Positions 15,867 through 25,159 of a stretch of 47,489 nucleotides of DNA are shown one piece after another; positions within the stretch are counted from its first letter, which is position 1, and each line of letters opens with the position of its first letter. The DNA is taken from IMG/VR virus record IMGVR_UViG_3300035002_000018, positions 1 to 47,489 of that record. One strand, given 5' to 3'. A model generated the notes under the pieces. That model saw only the letters and a list, made by a program, of their open reading frames with translations. It did no database searches and had not been told where the DNA came from. This stretch comes from a virus. Its lineage: Duplodnaviria; Caudoviricetes. The position numbers and the translations under genes were made by a program.

Positions 15867-16703
15867 ATGATTGAGCATTATCAGGCTGAAATAAGAAAGA
15901 AACTGAACCAGCAATGGAGGATGGATCGCAAATCAATAGTGACCATCAAAGGCTATAACTATGCCCTGGACCTGCTGCTGGAGAAACTGCCGGTTTACTT
16001 TGACGAGTACAACACGGACGACCTGGTGGCTTATTGCCTAACTATTCCTGGCATCAACAAACGGGACCTGCAGATCACCATGATAAGGGCGGTGTACCGG
16101 ATCATGCATAATACAAACCTGGACTGGAAGCTATTCCCATTCATCAAACGAAAGAAAAAGATCCAGCCACGGTTCAATACACAGGAGGTACAGGCATTGA
16201 TCAACGCTACGGATAATATCGGACACAAGCTGATAATGCTCACTCAATTTGCAGCCGGCCTCCGGGTGGGTGAAGTGGTGATCTTGAAACGGAAGGATTT
16301 GTTTAAAGAAGAAGGGTTCTTATTCATCGATGGGGAAGGCATCAGTAACGACCGGTTTGCACCATTGCCTGATAATGTGTTCAGGATGCTGGATGAATTC
16401 AGTAAAGACAAAAAGGAAAATGCTTTTATCTGGACGGGTCAATACGGCGGACACCTAAGCACCAGGTCAGTTCAGCAGATCATCAACCAGTGCAAAGCAA
16501 AGGCAGGTATCAGTCACACAGCTAACAGTCATGGTCTCCGCAGAGGCTATGCTACCGAATCGGTTCGTGGCGGAGCTCATATGCTTGCTCTCCGGGATAT
16601 CCTAGGGCACTCAGATATAAGAACCACCCAGATATATACCGGTACCAGCCATGAATTTTTGAAAGAACAATTTAATCCGGCAGCTGAACTGAAAGTTGCA
16701 TGA
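15867..16703 (+). CDS. Tyrosine recombinase (XerD/integron-integrase-like, no IntI-specific insertion)
   Basis: AGLRVGEV, HGLRR, LGHSDIRTTQIY; the usual KG..DR loop reads GEGISNDR. Confidence 0.92.
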   Translation: MIEHYQAEIRKKLNQQWRMDRKSIVTIKGYNYALDLLLEKLPVYFDEYNTDDLVAYCLTIPGINKRDLQITMIRAVYRIMHNTNLDWKLFPFIKRKKKIQPRFNTQEVQALINATDNIGHKLIMLTQFAAGLRVGEVVILKRKDLFKEEGFLFIDGEGISNDRFAPLPDNVFRMLDEFSKDKKENAFIWTGQYGGHLSTRSVQQIINQCKAKAGISHTANSHGLRRGYATESVRGGAHMLALRDILGHSDIRTTQIYTGTSHEFLKEQFNPAAELKVA

Positions 16704-16734
16704 CAGATTAACCTAAACCAATTATCAAATAAAA

Positions 16735-17004
16735 ATGAAAAAGCCACCTACTATCCTACAACAGCAAGAAATCCAAAAAGGGCAATCGTATAAACTCAAA
16801 GAACTTCCTTGTGGTGTGAACTTCCAACTTCCCGAATCACACGATATCTATTCCACAATCACCCATCCCAACCTGGCAAGGACCATGGGCAACTACAACG
16901 CTAAAAGGGACTGCTGGAATGAAACACAGAAGCGAATGGAGCTGATTCAGTACAATCAGCAAGTAATAATATTTTCGGAAAATATTGAAAATTCAGAAAA
17001 TTAG
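16735..17004 (+). CDS. Hypothetical protein
   Basis: ORF with A-rich leader. Confidence 0.6.
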   Translation: MKKPPTILQQQEIQKGQSYKLKELPCGVNFQLPESHDIYSTITHPNLARTMGNYNAKRDCWNETQKRMELIQYNQQVIIFSENIENSEN

Positions 17005-17012
17005 TATATTTG
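16987..17012 (+). promoter_or_regulatory. Putative late promoter upstream of terS
   Basis: GAAAATTCAGAAAAT + TATATTTG (-7 box); same motif upstream of the capsid gene. Confidence 0.6.
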
Positions 17013-17019
17013 GGGTACA

Positions 17020-17529
17020 ATGGTTAGTAAACCAAAAAAGAAAGCAGCCCAAAGAGGGAGGCCCACAAAGTATTTACCTGCGTATTGCGACCAGGCAAGA
17101 AAGCTATGTCTATTAGGCGCAACTGATAAAGATTTAGCCAACTTCTTCGATGTAAATGAAGATACCATTCATCAGTGGAAAAAAGATTATCCGAAATTTT
17201 CCGAGTCCATAAAAGAAGGGAAATCGGTAGCTGATGCAAATATTGCTGATCGCTTATATCAAAGGGCAATGGGATTTGAACACGATAGCGAAGAGATCAA
17301 AGTAATTCCCACAGGCAAAGGCTCTAAGATTCAGAGGGTGCCTATCCGAAAGATTTATCCTCCCGATACCGTTGCTGCCATATTCTGGCTAAAGAACAGG
17401 CAAAAGGAAAAATGGAGAGACAAGATTGAGCAGGATATAACCAGCGGGGGGGAGAAGATTACAGCATTATCAGCTTTGCCACCAGATGATCTGAAGGCAT
17501 TACTGGGAATCAAAAAGAAACTTGGTTAA
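17020..17529 (+). CDS. terS: Terminase small subunit
   Basis: GRPTKY, LCLLGATDKDLANFFDV..DTI..WK, PPDTVAAIFWLKNR...WRDK. Confidence 0.9.
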   Translation: MVSKPKKKAAQRGRPTKYLPAYCDQARKLCLLGATDKDLANFFDVNEDTIHQWKKDYPKFSESIKEGKSVADANIADRLYQRAMGFEHDSEEIKVIPTGKGSKIQRVPIRKIYPPDTVAAIFWLKNRQKEKWRDKIEQDITSGGEKITALSALPPDDLKALLGIKKKLG

Positions 17530-18929
17530 TGGATGCGTTACAGCTTCTTAACATACCGGCAATTGAGATAGAAAAAAAGCTCTTTGAACTTGGCGATTAT
17601 GATTTTATCACCCAAACAGAAAACGGAAAGAATCTAAAGCAAGAACTGGCCTTAAAAGAACTGCACAGAGGATTAGCCAGGGAAGTTTTATACGGCGGTG
17701 CTGCTGGTGGTGCTAAATCATGGACCGGCGCAAGCTGGTTGACTTTTATGTGCGAGTGCTATCCAGGCACCAGGTGGTTTGTTGGCCGGGAATCGTTGAC
17801 CGATCTAAGGAATGCAACCCTGTTAACGTTCACAAAGGTGTTCAAGGCTTATGGGGTCGAGGGAGTGATTTACAAAGACAAGGACCACTACCTGCAATTC
17901 GCAAACGGAAGCCGAATAGATTTCATCGATCTTGCTTTCTACCCGAAGGACAAGGAATATGAACGATTCGGTTCGTTTGAATATACTGGTGGATGGATTG
18001 AGGAAGCAGGGGAGGTGAATTTTGGGGCTTATGATGTGTTGAAAACGAGGATAGGTAGGCATTTGAACGATCATTATGGCATCAGACCAGTGCTGTTCAT
18101 TACTTGTAACCCGAAAAAGAACTGGCTTTATTACGAGTTTTTTACACCCTGGAAGCTGAAAAAACTATCAAAGACAAGATTATTTATTCAGGCTTTTGTA
18201 CAGGACAATCCGGCCATTGAAAGCACATACATCGAACAGCTGAGGTCGCTGAATGATAAGTCAAAGAGGGAAAGGTTATTACTCGGGAATTGGGATTATG
18301 AAGATGATCCCGCAGCTCTTTGCGAATTTGATGCAATCATTGACATGTTCACTAACGATCATGTGAAGCCAGGGGAGAAAAAAATAAGTGCTGATTTGGC
18401 AATGAAGGGTAGGGACCGATTTGTAGCCGGCTGCGCAAGCGGGTTGATAGTTAAAATAGAGATTGATAAAGAGTATTCGCCTGGTAAAGAAATTGAGGCT
18501 GATCTGAAGAACCTGATGATCAAATCAGCTGTACCGAGAAGCAAAACAGTAGTTGACAGTGATGGTTTAGGATCTTATTTGGAAAGCTACTTAACCGGCA
18601 TTTATGAATTTCATGGTGGTGCCAAACCTTTTGATTTAAAAGAGTACGGCAACCTTAAAAGCGAGTGTGGTTATAAGCTGGCAGAGGTAGTTAATAAGCG
18701 ATTGATAAAGGTCATTTGCAGCGAGGATCAAAAGCAAAGGATTATCGAGGAGATGGGGGCGCTGAGGGCCAAAGATGTGGATGCAGATGAGACGAGAAAA
18801 CGGATAATCGCTAAAGATCAAATGAAAGAGTTACTGGGGAGGTCACCGGATTATCTTGACATGCTGATTATGTTGATGGTTTTTGATATCAAGCCTAAAA
18901 GAACTGGTAGTACGGCTGTTGAACGCTAA
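17529..18929 (+). CDS. terL: Terminase large subunit
   Basis: YGGAAGGAKS Walker A, WIEEAGE Walker B, TCNP, ADLA..G.D, RSPDYLD. Confidence 0.93.
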   Translation: MDALQLLNIPAIEIEKKLFELGDYDFITQTENGKNLKQELALKELHRGLAREVLYGGAAGGAKSWTGASWLTFMCECYPGTRWFVGRESLTDLRNATLLTFTKVFKAYGVEGVIYKDKDHYLQFANGSRIDFIDLAFYPKDKEYERFGSFEYTGGWIEEAGEVNFGAYDVLKTRIGRHLNDHYGIRPVLFITCNPKKNWLYYEFFTPWKLKKLSKTRLFIQAFVQDNPAIESTYIEQLRSLNDKSKRERLLLGNWDYEDDPAALCEFDAIIDMFTNDHVKPGEKKISADLAMKGRDRFVAGCASGLIVKIEIDKEYSPGKEIEADLKNLMIKSAVPRSKTVVDSDGLGSYLESYLTGIYEFHGGAKPFDLKEYGNLKSECGYKLAEVVNKRLIKVICSEDQKQRIIEEMGALRAKDVDADETRKRIIAKDQMKELLGRSPDYLDMLIMLMVFDIKPKRTGSTAVER

Positions 18930-18940
18930 AACAAAATACA

Positions 18941-20632
18941 ATGATCCTATCGTTTAATGAAATAAAAGAGATTCTGCTGAACAACCCGGCAAGGAAAACC
19001 TTAGTGGAGGCCAGGAATTACGCTAGCAAGATGCGAAGGCATTTGTACGGTGAAAATCTTTCAAGCCACATTGCAAAGATTGACGGCTACGAAAATAAAA
19101 CGCTTCATGATCTCCGGGTGAAGTACATCAGGAACAACAAGGATATATTTTCGAGGCTCAAACGCCCGGTTGATAAGGTATTCAGCGCAAAAGGTGGATC
19201 TGTCTATTACAATCTTCCTGATACAGCTGACAAAAGAGCCAGGCAGCTATCATCTGACATTGTAAAGGGCTATTCGATAAAGCAGTGGAATGAGAATTAC
19301 TGGAAACCGCATTTCATTGATGATCCCAACGGGATTATTTTCATGGAAATATTACCCGCCCAACAGGTTCAGCTATATCGCAGGATCAATAAGTCATACG
19401 TCTACCCAACCTATCGCAGTACAAAAGATATCTACGACTATTTTATCAACGGTTCTAACCTGGAATACGTTGTTTTCTATGTATCAAAGACTGAGAAGAA
19501 AAAAGCCGGTTTTGACGAGGCGTTGATCATTTACCGGGTGGTTGACGATTCAAAGGATTATTGGGTAAAGGTCGAGGGGGAGCAAATAACCATTATTGAC
19601 GATCAGACGTTTCCAAATTACTTCATGAAAGTTCCGGGAATGCTGAACAGCGATATTATTGATCCCAATAACGATAATATCCGGTTGAGTTTATTTGACG
19701 AGGTAATGGAGTTGGCAGAGGATTTCCTGATCACCGGGTCAATCAAAAAGACGCATAGCTTTTTGCATGGCTATCCTAAGTACTGGGAATATGCAGATGA
19801 TTGCTCAGCATGTAAGGGTACAGGGTATAATGAGGGAGAAACATGCAAGACCTGCAACGGGTCCGGTAAAGCCCATATGTCAAAGGTTAGCGATGTAAAA
19901 TTGATTGATTACCCCCAAACAAAGGACACTCCAATTATTACCCCTCATGTTGGTGACTATATTTCTCCTGATAAATCATTTTGGGAAATGTCCACAACTG
20001 ACCTGCAGTTGTTGGAGAGGTTAATGCACCTGACTTTATGGGGCTCAGACAGCACTCCTAAGACGCAAGGCATGAGCCAGGATCAGGAAGGGCAGAAAAC
20101 AGCGACCGAGATTGTCGGGGAATTGAAGCCACAGGCTGACAGGCTACATGCGATCACAGAACAAGCTGAGAAGCGGCACAAGTTCATTCTCGATATGGCC
20201 GTTCAGATACAGATTTCACAGTCTTACCAGGGATCAACTGTCAACTACGGCAAAAGATACATGCTTGAAAGCCCTGATGTTATTTTCGAGAAATACTCCA
20301 AAGCAAGGAAAGACGGCGCCGCTGCATCGGTATTGGATGACCTGCTGATCGAATACTATGAATCAAAGTACGACAGTGACCCTGTGAAACTGGCTATTCA
20401 GATGAAATTAATGCGGGTAGAGCCGTTCATCCACAAGACTGCAGAGCAGGTTAAAACACTGGCCCCTGATGAGAATGATTACAAGACGAAGTTGTACTTC
20501 AGCGAATGGGTTCAGACGATGAATGAAGCGCAGTTATTAGTCACAGATGCTATTGGACTGAGGGATTTACTGGCTCAGTATGTATCTGAGAAGAAATTAC
20601 CACAACCAGAGCCTAAACAGATAGCGGCATAA
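18941..20632 (+). CDS. Portal protein with inserted DnaJ-like Zn finger
   Basis: Position after terL, size, KTATE motif; CSACKGTG...CKTCNGSG. Confidence 0.75.
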   Translation: MILSFNEIKEILLNNPARKTLVEARNYASKMRRHLYGENLSSHIAKIDGYENKTLHDLRVKYIRNNKDIFSRLKRPVDKVFSAKGGSVYYNLPDTADKRARQLSSDIVKGYSIKQWNENYWKPHFIDDPNGIIFMEILPAQQVQLYRRINKSYVYPTYRSTKDIYDYFINGSNLEYVVFYVSKTEKKKAGFDEALIIYRVVDDSKDYWVKVEGEQITIIDDQTFPNYFMKVPGMLNSDIIDPNNDNIRLSLFDEVMELAEDFLITGSIKKTHSFLHGYPKYWEYADDCSACKGTGYNEGETCKTCNGSGKAHMSKVSDVKLIDYPQTKDTPIITPHVGDYISPDKSFWEMSTTDLQLLERLMHLTLWGSDSTPKTQGMSQDQEGQKTATEIVGELKPQADRLHAITEQAEKRHKFILDMAVQIQISQSYQGSTVNYGKRYMLESPDVIFEKYSKARKDGAAASVLDDLLIEYYESKYDSDPVKLAIQMKLMRVEPFIHKTAEQVKTLAPDENDYKTKLYFSEWVQTMNEAQLLVTDAIGLRDLLAQYVSEKKLPQPEPKQIAA

Positions 20633-20658
20633 TTTTTCAAACCAATAAAACAACAAAC

Positions 20659-20913
20659 ATGGCAAAAGCAAAAAAGACGGCTGATCCTGAATTAGTGGAT
20701 TCATTCGTCGAGAAAGATTTAACTGGTAAACAAAGTAAATCATCTGGCGATCATTTCCAGGAATGGGAGTGCAAGATCGTAAAGGGCAAGGCCGAGAAAT
20801 TGAAGATGAACCGGGCGGTGGTCAAGATCACCGAGTATGAAGCCGAGGTCCTGAACAAAGGCGTTGAGGAAGGCGGTAACTCTTACGGTAAGATGTACTT
20901 CCGTCCTGAATAA
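20659..20913 (+). CDS. Hypothetical head-module protein
   Basis: ORF between portal and scaffold. Confidence 0.65.
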   Translation: MAKAKKTADPELVDSFVEKDLTGKQSKSSGDHFQEWECKIVKGKAEKLKMNRAVVKITEYEAEVLNKGVEEGGNSYGKMYFRPE

Positions 20914-20939
20914 TTCAAAAACCATATTAAAATAAAATC

Positions 20940-21770
20940 ATGGCACTTAAAAAAGAAGCGATTGAGAAGATCGCAAAACTGACAAAGATCAAAACAGCAG
21001 ACCTTGAAGCTGCACTGAAAGACGAAAAAGAGGTTGATGTAACCATCCCCGAAGATATAACCACGTTCACCAATGATGAACTGGAAAGCCGGGACCAGGC
21101 TCAAAAGAAATTGGGTGAAAAGGATGGCCGGGAGATCGGCATCAAAGAAGTGAAGAAAGCAGCCGGCCTGCCTGAAGAAGCGCCGAGTAAAGACCCGGTG
21201 AAAGTAGCACAGGCCATCATAGACAAGGCTACAACCGATGCGAAGGTGAAGCCGGATGAAAAGGTTACCCAACTGACTGAGCAGGTTAATTTGCTCCAAA
21301 AGCAATTGGGAGAAAAGGACAATGAAGTCACTCAGCACAAAACAGCGGCTCAACAGGAAGCATTAAACAGAAAGATATTGACTGCGTTCCCGAAAGAAAG
21401 GGCTTCGCATTTGAACGAAGATGAGTACCTGACACTATTGAAAGGGCAATACCAGTTCAAAGAAGTGGATGGCGCTATCATCGTTGAAAAAGACGGAAAG
21501 CCACTGAGAGATCCGAAAACAACCAATCCTCTGCCATTAACAGATGCGGTGAAGTCAATCTTCACGGAAAGAAAGTGGGTTGAAGAAGGCGGCGCCGGTG
21601 GAGCTGGTGGCCGAGGTGGAGCAGGATCAAGCGGCAGCGGTAAGCCTACAAAACTTTCCGACCTGAAGGCAAAGTTCACTGCTGAAGGAAAGAACCTGAA
21701 CGGAGAAGAATTCTCCAAAGCAGTAATGGCAGCGGTCAAAGAAGACAAGGATTTTGATATGAATGGTTGA
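20940..21770 (+). CDS. Capsid scaffolding protein
   Basis: Charged coiled-coil, Gly-rich C-terminal linker, directly upstream of the capsid gene. Confidence 0.7.
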   Translation: MALKKEAIEKIAKLTKIKTADLEAALKDEKEVDVTIPEDITTFTNDELESRDQAQKKLGEKDGREIGIKEVKKAAGLPEEAPSKDPVKVAQAIIDKATTDAKVKPDEKVTQLTEQVNLLQKQLGEKDNEVTQHKTAAQQEALNRKILTAFPKERASHLNEDEYLTLLKGQYQFKEVDGAIIVEKDGKPLRDPKTTNPLPLTDAVKSIFTERKWVEEGGAGGAGGRGGAGSSGSGKPTKLSDLKAKFTAEGKNLNGEEFSKAVMAAVKEDKDFDMNG

Positions 21771-21792
21771 TTGTTTCCGGTGTATATAATCA

Positions 21793-21822
21793 AAAAGCCC
21801 CTTAAATTAACGAGGGGCTTTT
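21793..21822 (+). terminator. Rho-independent terminator
   Basis: AAAAGCCCCT / AGGGGCTTTT. Confidence 0.75.
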
Positions 21823-21881
21823 CTGTATCAACTGTAAGAATGGGAAAGGAGTACTAAGCTACACAATTTTCATTATTTACC

Positions 21882-21903
21882 GAAAATTCAGAAAATATAT
21901 TTG
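21882..21903 (+). promoter_or_regulatory. Putative late promoter upstream of the major capsid gene
   Basis: GAAAATTCAGAAAA directly followed by TATATTTG; same motif as upstream of terS. Confidence 0.6.
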
Positions 21904-22041
21904 GCGGTTCAAAAAAAGTTGTAATTTAGTACTGTCGTTTTAATCGCAGGTTCGTGATTTCTACGGCAAGTCTGATAGGGGCAGTCGCTCCAGGTATTAT
22001 CCCGCAGGTCTGCGGAAAGCATTTCTCCAACATTTATTAAA

Positions 22042-23067
22042 ATGGCAAATTTTGATACGTCGAACCTTCTGACGGCCCAAGTAATGGCCAACAAGAAGTA
22101 CGAATCACCTGAGATGCGCATGAAACCAGCACCTGCTTTCGGCCTTCTCACTGCAAACGAATCTATCCTGATCGTTGGTGCAGAAACACTGAAAACAAGG
22201 GATGACAGAGCTATTGAAGCTCACCTGTTGACCCGTACAAAAAGAAACTCCGGTTCTGCAAGAGCGCATGATCACTCCGGCACTATTGATGACAGCCAGA
22301 AAGTGACACTGGTATGGACAACCAAGTCAGACAAATTCGCTATCAGCCTAAAATTGCTGGATAAATCCATATTGGATTTCAATACAGTACTGGCCAATAA
22401 AATGGAACAGGCTTGTATGAACATCTTGGAGGACAAAGAAACCGAAGCAGTCGCATACCTCCGGGCACAACGTGCCACTCAGCAACCCACACTGAAAGGG
22501 ATCACATTCAGCACAGCTAATGACAGTGCTGAAATTTCTGCGAATGATGCAGAAAGCAAGAAATTCTTTGCCCGTGTACGGTCACTGATGCGCCAGAACT
22601 ATTTCAGTTCAACATTGGATATGATAGTTGATTCTAACCTTGCTGTTCAGGCTGAATTCCTGGCTGCTCAGGGAGTGGGTAATGCCACTAACTACGGTTA
22701 CCAGTTTAACGGTATAAGCATCGCAGAAAGCGTAGAGTTGGAAGATCCCAACTATGCTGACGGCGCTGCATTGGTGATGCCTTCAGGATCTGCATGCGCA
22801 CTGAACTGGATTCCTAAACAAAACCGCATGGGCTGGGGTGATTACAACAGCTATGTTGGCGGATATGGTACGTTTACTTTCCTCGGTTACACTTTTGCTG
22901 TTCATGGTTATGCTTCAAGGGCGAATACCAGTTCCAGCAACGGTGATACTCAGGACGTGACAATGGAGTTTGAAGTTTCCCTGGATTCTTCTTACAACAA
23001 AGCCCCGCTGAACTATACCACAAACAGAACTGATTCTGTAATCGTGCAGGTTGGCCAACTTTCCTAA
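22042..23067 (+). CDS. Major capsid protein
   Basis: 341 aa after the scaffold; composition and position. Confidence 0.75.
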   Translation: MANFDTSNLLTAQVMANKKYESPEMRMKPAPAFGLLTANESILIVGAETLKTRDDRAIEAHLLTRTKRNSGSARAHDHSGTIDDSQKVTLVWTTKSDKFAISLKLLDKSILDFNTVLANKMEQACMNILEDKETEAVAYLRAQRATQQPTLKGITFSTANDSAEISANDAESKKFFARVRSLMRQNYFSSTLDMIVDSNLAVQAEFLAAQGVGNATNYGYQFNGISIAESVELEDPNYADGAALVMPSGSACALNWIPKQNRMGWGDYNSYVGGYGTFTFLGYTFAVHGYASRANTSSSNGDTQDVTMEFEVSLDSSYNKAPLNYTTNRTDSVIVQVGQLS

Positions 23068-23096
23068 ACCCCATTAATCACTACAAAAAATAAGAG

Positions 23097-23525
23097 ATGA
23101 AAAAATTACTTTTTCTTTTGGTGATGGTGGCAGGGATGTTATCAATCACACAAGCGCAGACGTTCAAGCAAATGGGAGTGGTTGCCGGTGATACTATTGT
23201 CACCAGCTCCAGCAAGGACACCGTAAGCAAGATTATACCGGTAACAGCAGGGTATTCTACCGGTGCAATCAAAGTTGAATACACCAAAACGAGTGGTACG
23301 GTATCGCTGAAAGCATACCTGTATCCTGGTGATGGTACTGACTTTGAAACTGCAGCTACGGATTCCAGTGCAGCCTTTTCAGATGCTTCCGGGTATGTAT
23401 ATTTTACTAAAACATCGTGGCCCTACTCGCATTACAAAGTACAGATCAGGGCTGCGAATGGTGCAAATACTACTCAGAACGTACCGATCAAAATAAAGAC
23501 GCTATTCAAACGATTCGACGATTAA
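23097..23525 (+). CDS. Beta-rich protein with signal peptide (possible decoration protein)
   Basis: MKKLLFLLVMVAGMLSITQA|Q. Confidence 0.7.
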   Translation: MKKLLFLLVMVAGMLSITQAQTFKQMGVVAGDTIVTSSSKDTVSKIIPVTAGYSTGAIKVEYTKTSGTVSLKAYLYPGDGTDFETAATDSSAAFSDASGYVYFTKTSWPYSHYKVQIRAANGANTTQNVPIKIKTLFKRFDD

Positions 23526-23538
23526 TAAAGCTCTTTGA

Positions 23539-24585
23539 ATGGCCTACTCTAACGGATATAATCTCACGACCGTTTTGCCAAAGCTGTTTGGCCGGTTAGC
23601 CTGGAGTACAGATCAAACACTGAACACAGCTAATAAAACATCAGCAAGCGGACGGTATTTTGATGACGGAAGTTTTCACGCGTTGGTGACGGTGGCTAAC
23701 ATTAAAGCCACTGTCCCCGATGCTTCCAGTTGGGATATTTTTTTTACGTCAAAACAAAATGCGGTTATATCACGGTGCCTGAATTCTGTGTTTAATGATG
23801 CAGAGTTTTTTGAGCAGACGTTCTTATATGACCGTTGCCATGAGGTTGAAACCTTAGTTCCAAATCAGGGTAAAGCGGTAGGGTATAAGATTGAGATGGT
23901 CAAACGTTTCGATGTTACCGTTCAGGCGAATAGCCTTCAGTTGTTCTTTGACGGGGTGGCTACGTTCAATGTCTACTTGTTCAAGCAAGGAAGTAAAACA
24001 GCAGTTAAAACGAAGTCCGTTACTACTGTAGCTAAAGAAAAAACCAATATTGATTTAACAGATTGGTACCTGAATTACAAAGAATCACCCGTTTACTATG
24101 TGGTTTACTTCCAGAATGATCTTGGTAGTGTAAAAGCAATCCAGGAACAGGCAGATGAATGTAAGACACTGATGTTTGATGCTGATTCTTTTATGGCAGA
24201 TACAACAGGTACTGATTTTGACCGGGATCAGCTGGCGGAGTATGAATACCCTAACGGGCTGAATATGCAAATGAGTTCTTTCAGGGACTACACGCAGAAT
24301 ATACTCAATCAGCCGGCTTTGTTTGATAACCTGCTGGGATTAACCATGGCTTACCAAACGATCGAGGATATGATCTATTCCGTTCAGAGTTCAGGGGCAG
24401 AGAGGATTATTAAAGAGCAACTGTTAAACATAGGCATTCAGCTTGATTTGAATGGTGTAGCCCCAATATCTGAAAGCCCTCGGGTTGTAGGATTTAAGCA
24501 ACGGATCGATCAGGAAGTGGCGAGAGTAAAGAAAGCCTTTTATCCAAAGCCTAAAACCCAAATTGTGAATTATGCTGATCACTAA
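23539..24585 (+). CDS. Putative head-tail adaptor
   Basis: Position after the capsid gene. Confidence 0.55.
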   Translation: MAYSNGYNLTTVLPKLFGRLAWSTDQTLNTANKTSASGRYFDDGSFHALVTVANIKATVPDASSWDIFFTSKQNAVISRCLNSVFNDAEFFEQTFLYDRCHEVETLVPNQGKAVGYKIEMVKRFDVTVQANSLQLFFDGVATFNVYLFKQGSKTAVKTKSVTTVAKEKTNIDLTDWYLNYKESPVYYVVYFQNDLGSVKAIQEQADECKTLMFDADSFMADTTGTDFDRDQLAEYEYPNGLNMQMSSFRDYTQNILNQPALFDNLLGLTMAYQTIEDMIYSVQSSGAERIIKEQLLNIGIQLDLNGVAPISESPRVVGFKQRIDQEVARVKKAFYPKPKTQIVNYADH

Positions 24586-25141
24586 AACAAATCCGGTAGG
24601 AATTGACTGGTATATTGATCAGCTACAGAAAAGATTGCACAGTAAGTTAGTTGTAGCCTGGGAGTTATCGGATCAGTCAGAATACAAATGCTACGGCAGA
24701 TGCCACAGGAATAAAACTAAAGACGGGTACATCGCTGAGAACTATGTAGGCAATGACAAGTACGAGGAACTATACTGGGATAAAACACTAACGGCCATTT
24801 CGTTCTTTGGAATTACACGGGAGATAAAAGTAACAACAGGCCATGAGGCAGATGTGCACCTGGTGTTTTTCGCTGACCTGGATAAACTGGGTTTAAAAAA
24901 TATAGACGGGGCGTTGATCACCCACCGGGCAGACGAGGAACTAAGAAAAACGGTTACTGATGTTATTGGTAAGCATTTATTCGGCTTTTCGGTTACAGGG
25001 ATTGAACTATGGCTGGAGAATGTGTTACGGGAATATCCCGGAAGCCGCAGGGACGACCGGTTGAAGTATGTGGATATGCACCCGGTACATTGTTTCAGGA
25101 TCAATCTAAAATTATTATACAACGCAAATAAAATTTGTTAA
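24572..25141 (+). CDS. Putative tail terminator/neck protein
   Basis: Position directly before the major tail gene. Confidence 0.5.
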   Translation: MLITKTNPVGIDWYIDQLQKRLHSKLVVAWELSDQSEYKCYGRCHRNKTKDGYIAENYVGNDKYEELYWDKTLTAISFFGITREIKVTTGHEADVHLVFFADLDKLGLKNIDGALITHRADEELRKTVTDVIGKHLFGFSVTGIELWLENVLREYPGSRRDDRLKYVDMHPVHCFRINLKLLYNANKIC

Positions 25142-25159
25142 CCCTTTCAATTTTATAAA

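Noticed and set aside
15867-16703. Recombinase as the prophage integration integrase
   Set aside because: It is mid-genome, short (no arm-binding domain evident) and abuts the cassette array; no attL/attR seen. Not formally excluded.
21930-22041. Riboswitch/ncRNA in the capsid leader
   Set aside because: Only a short CCGCAG/CTGCGG palindrome is visible; no recognisable family.
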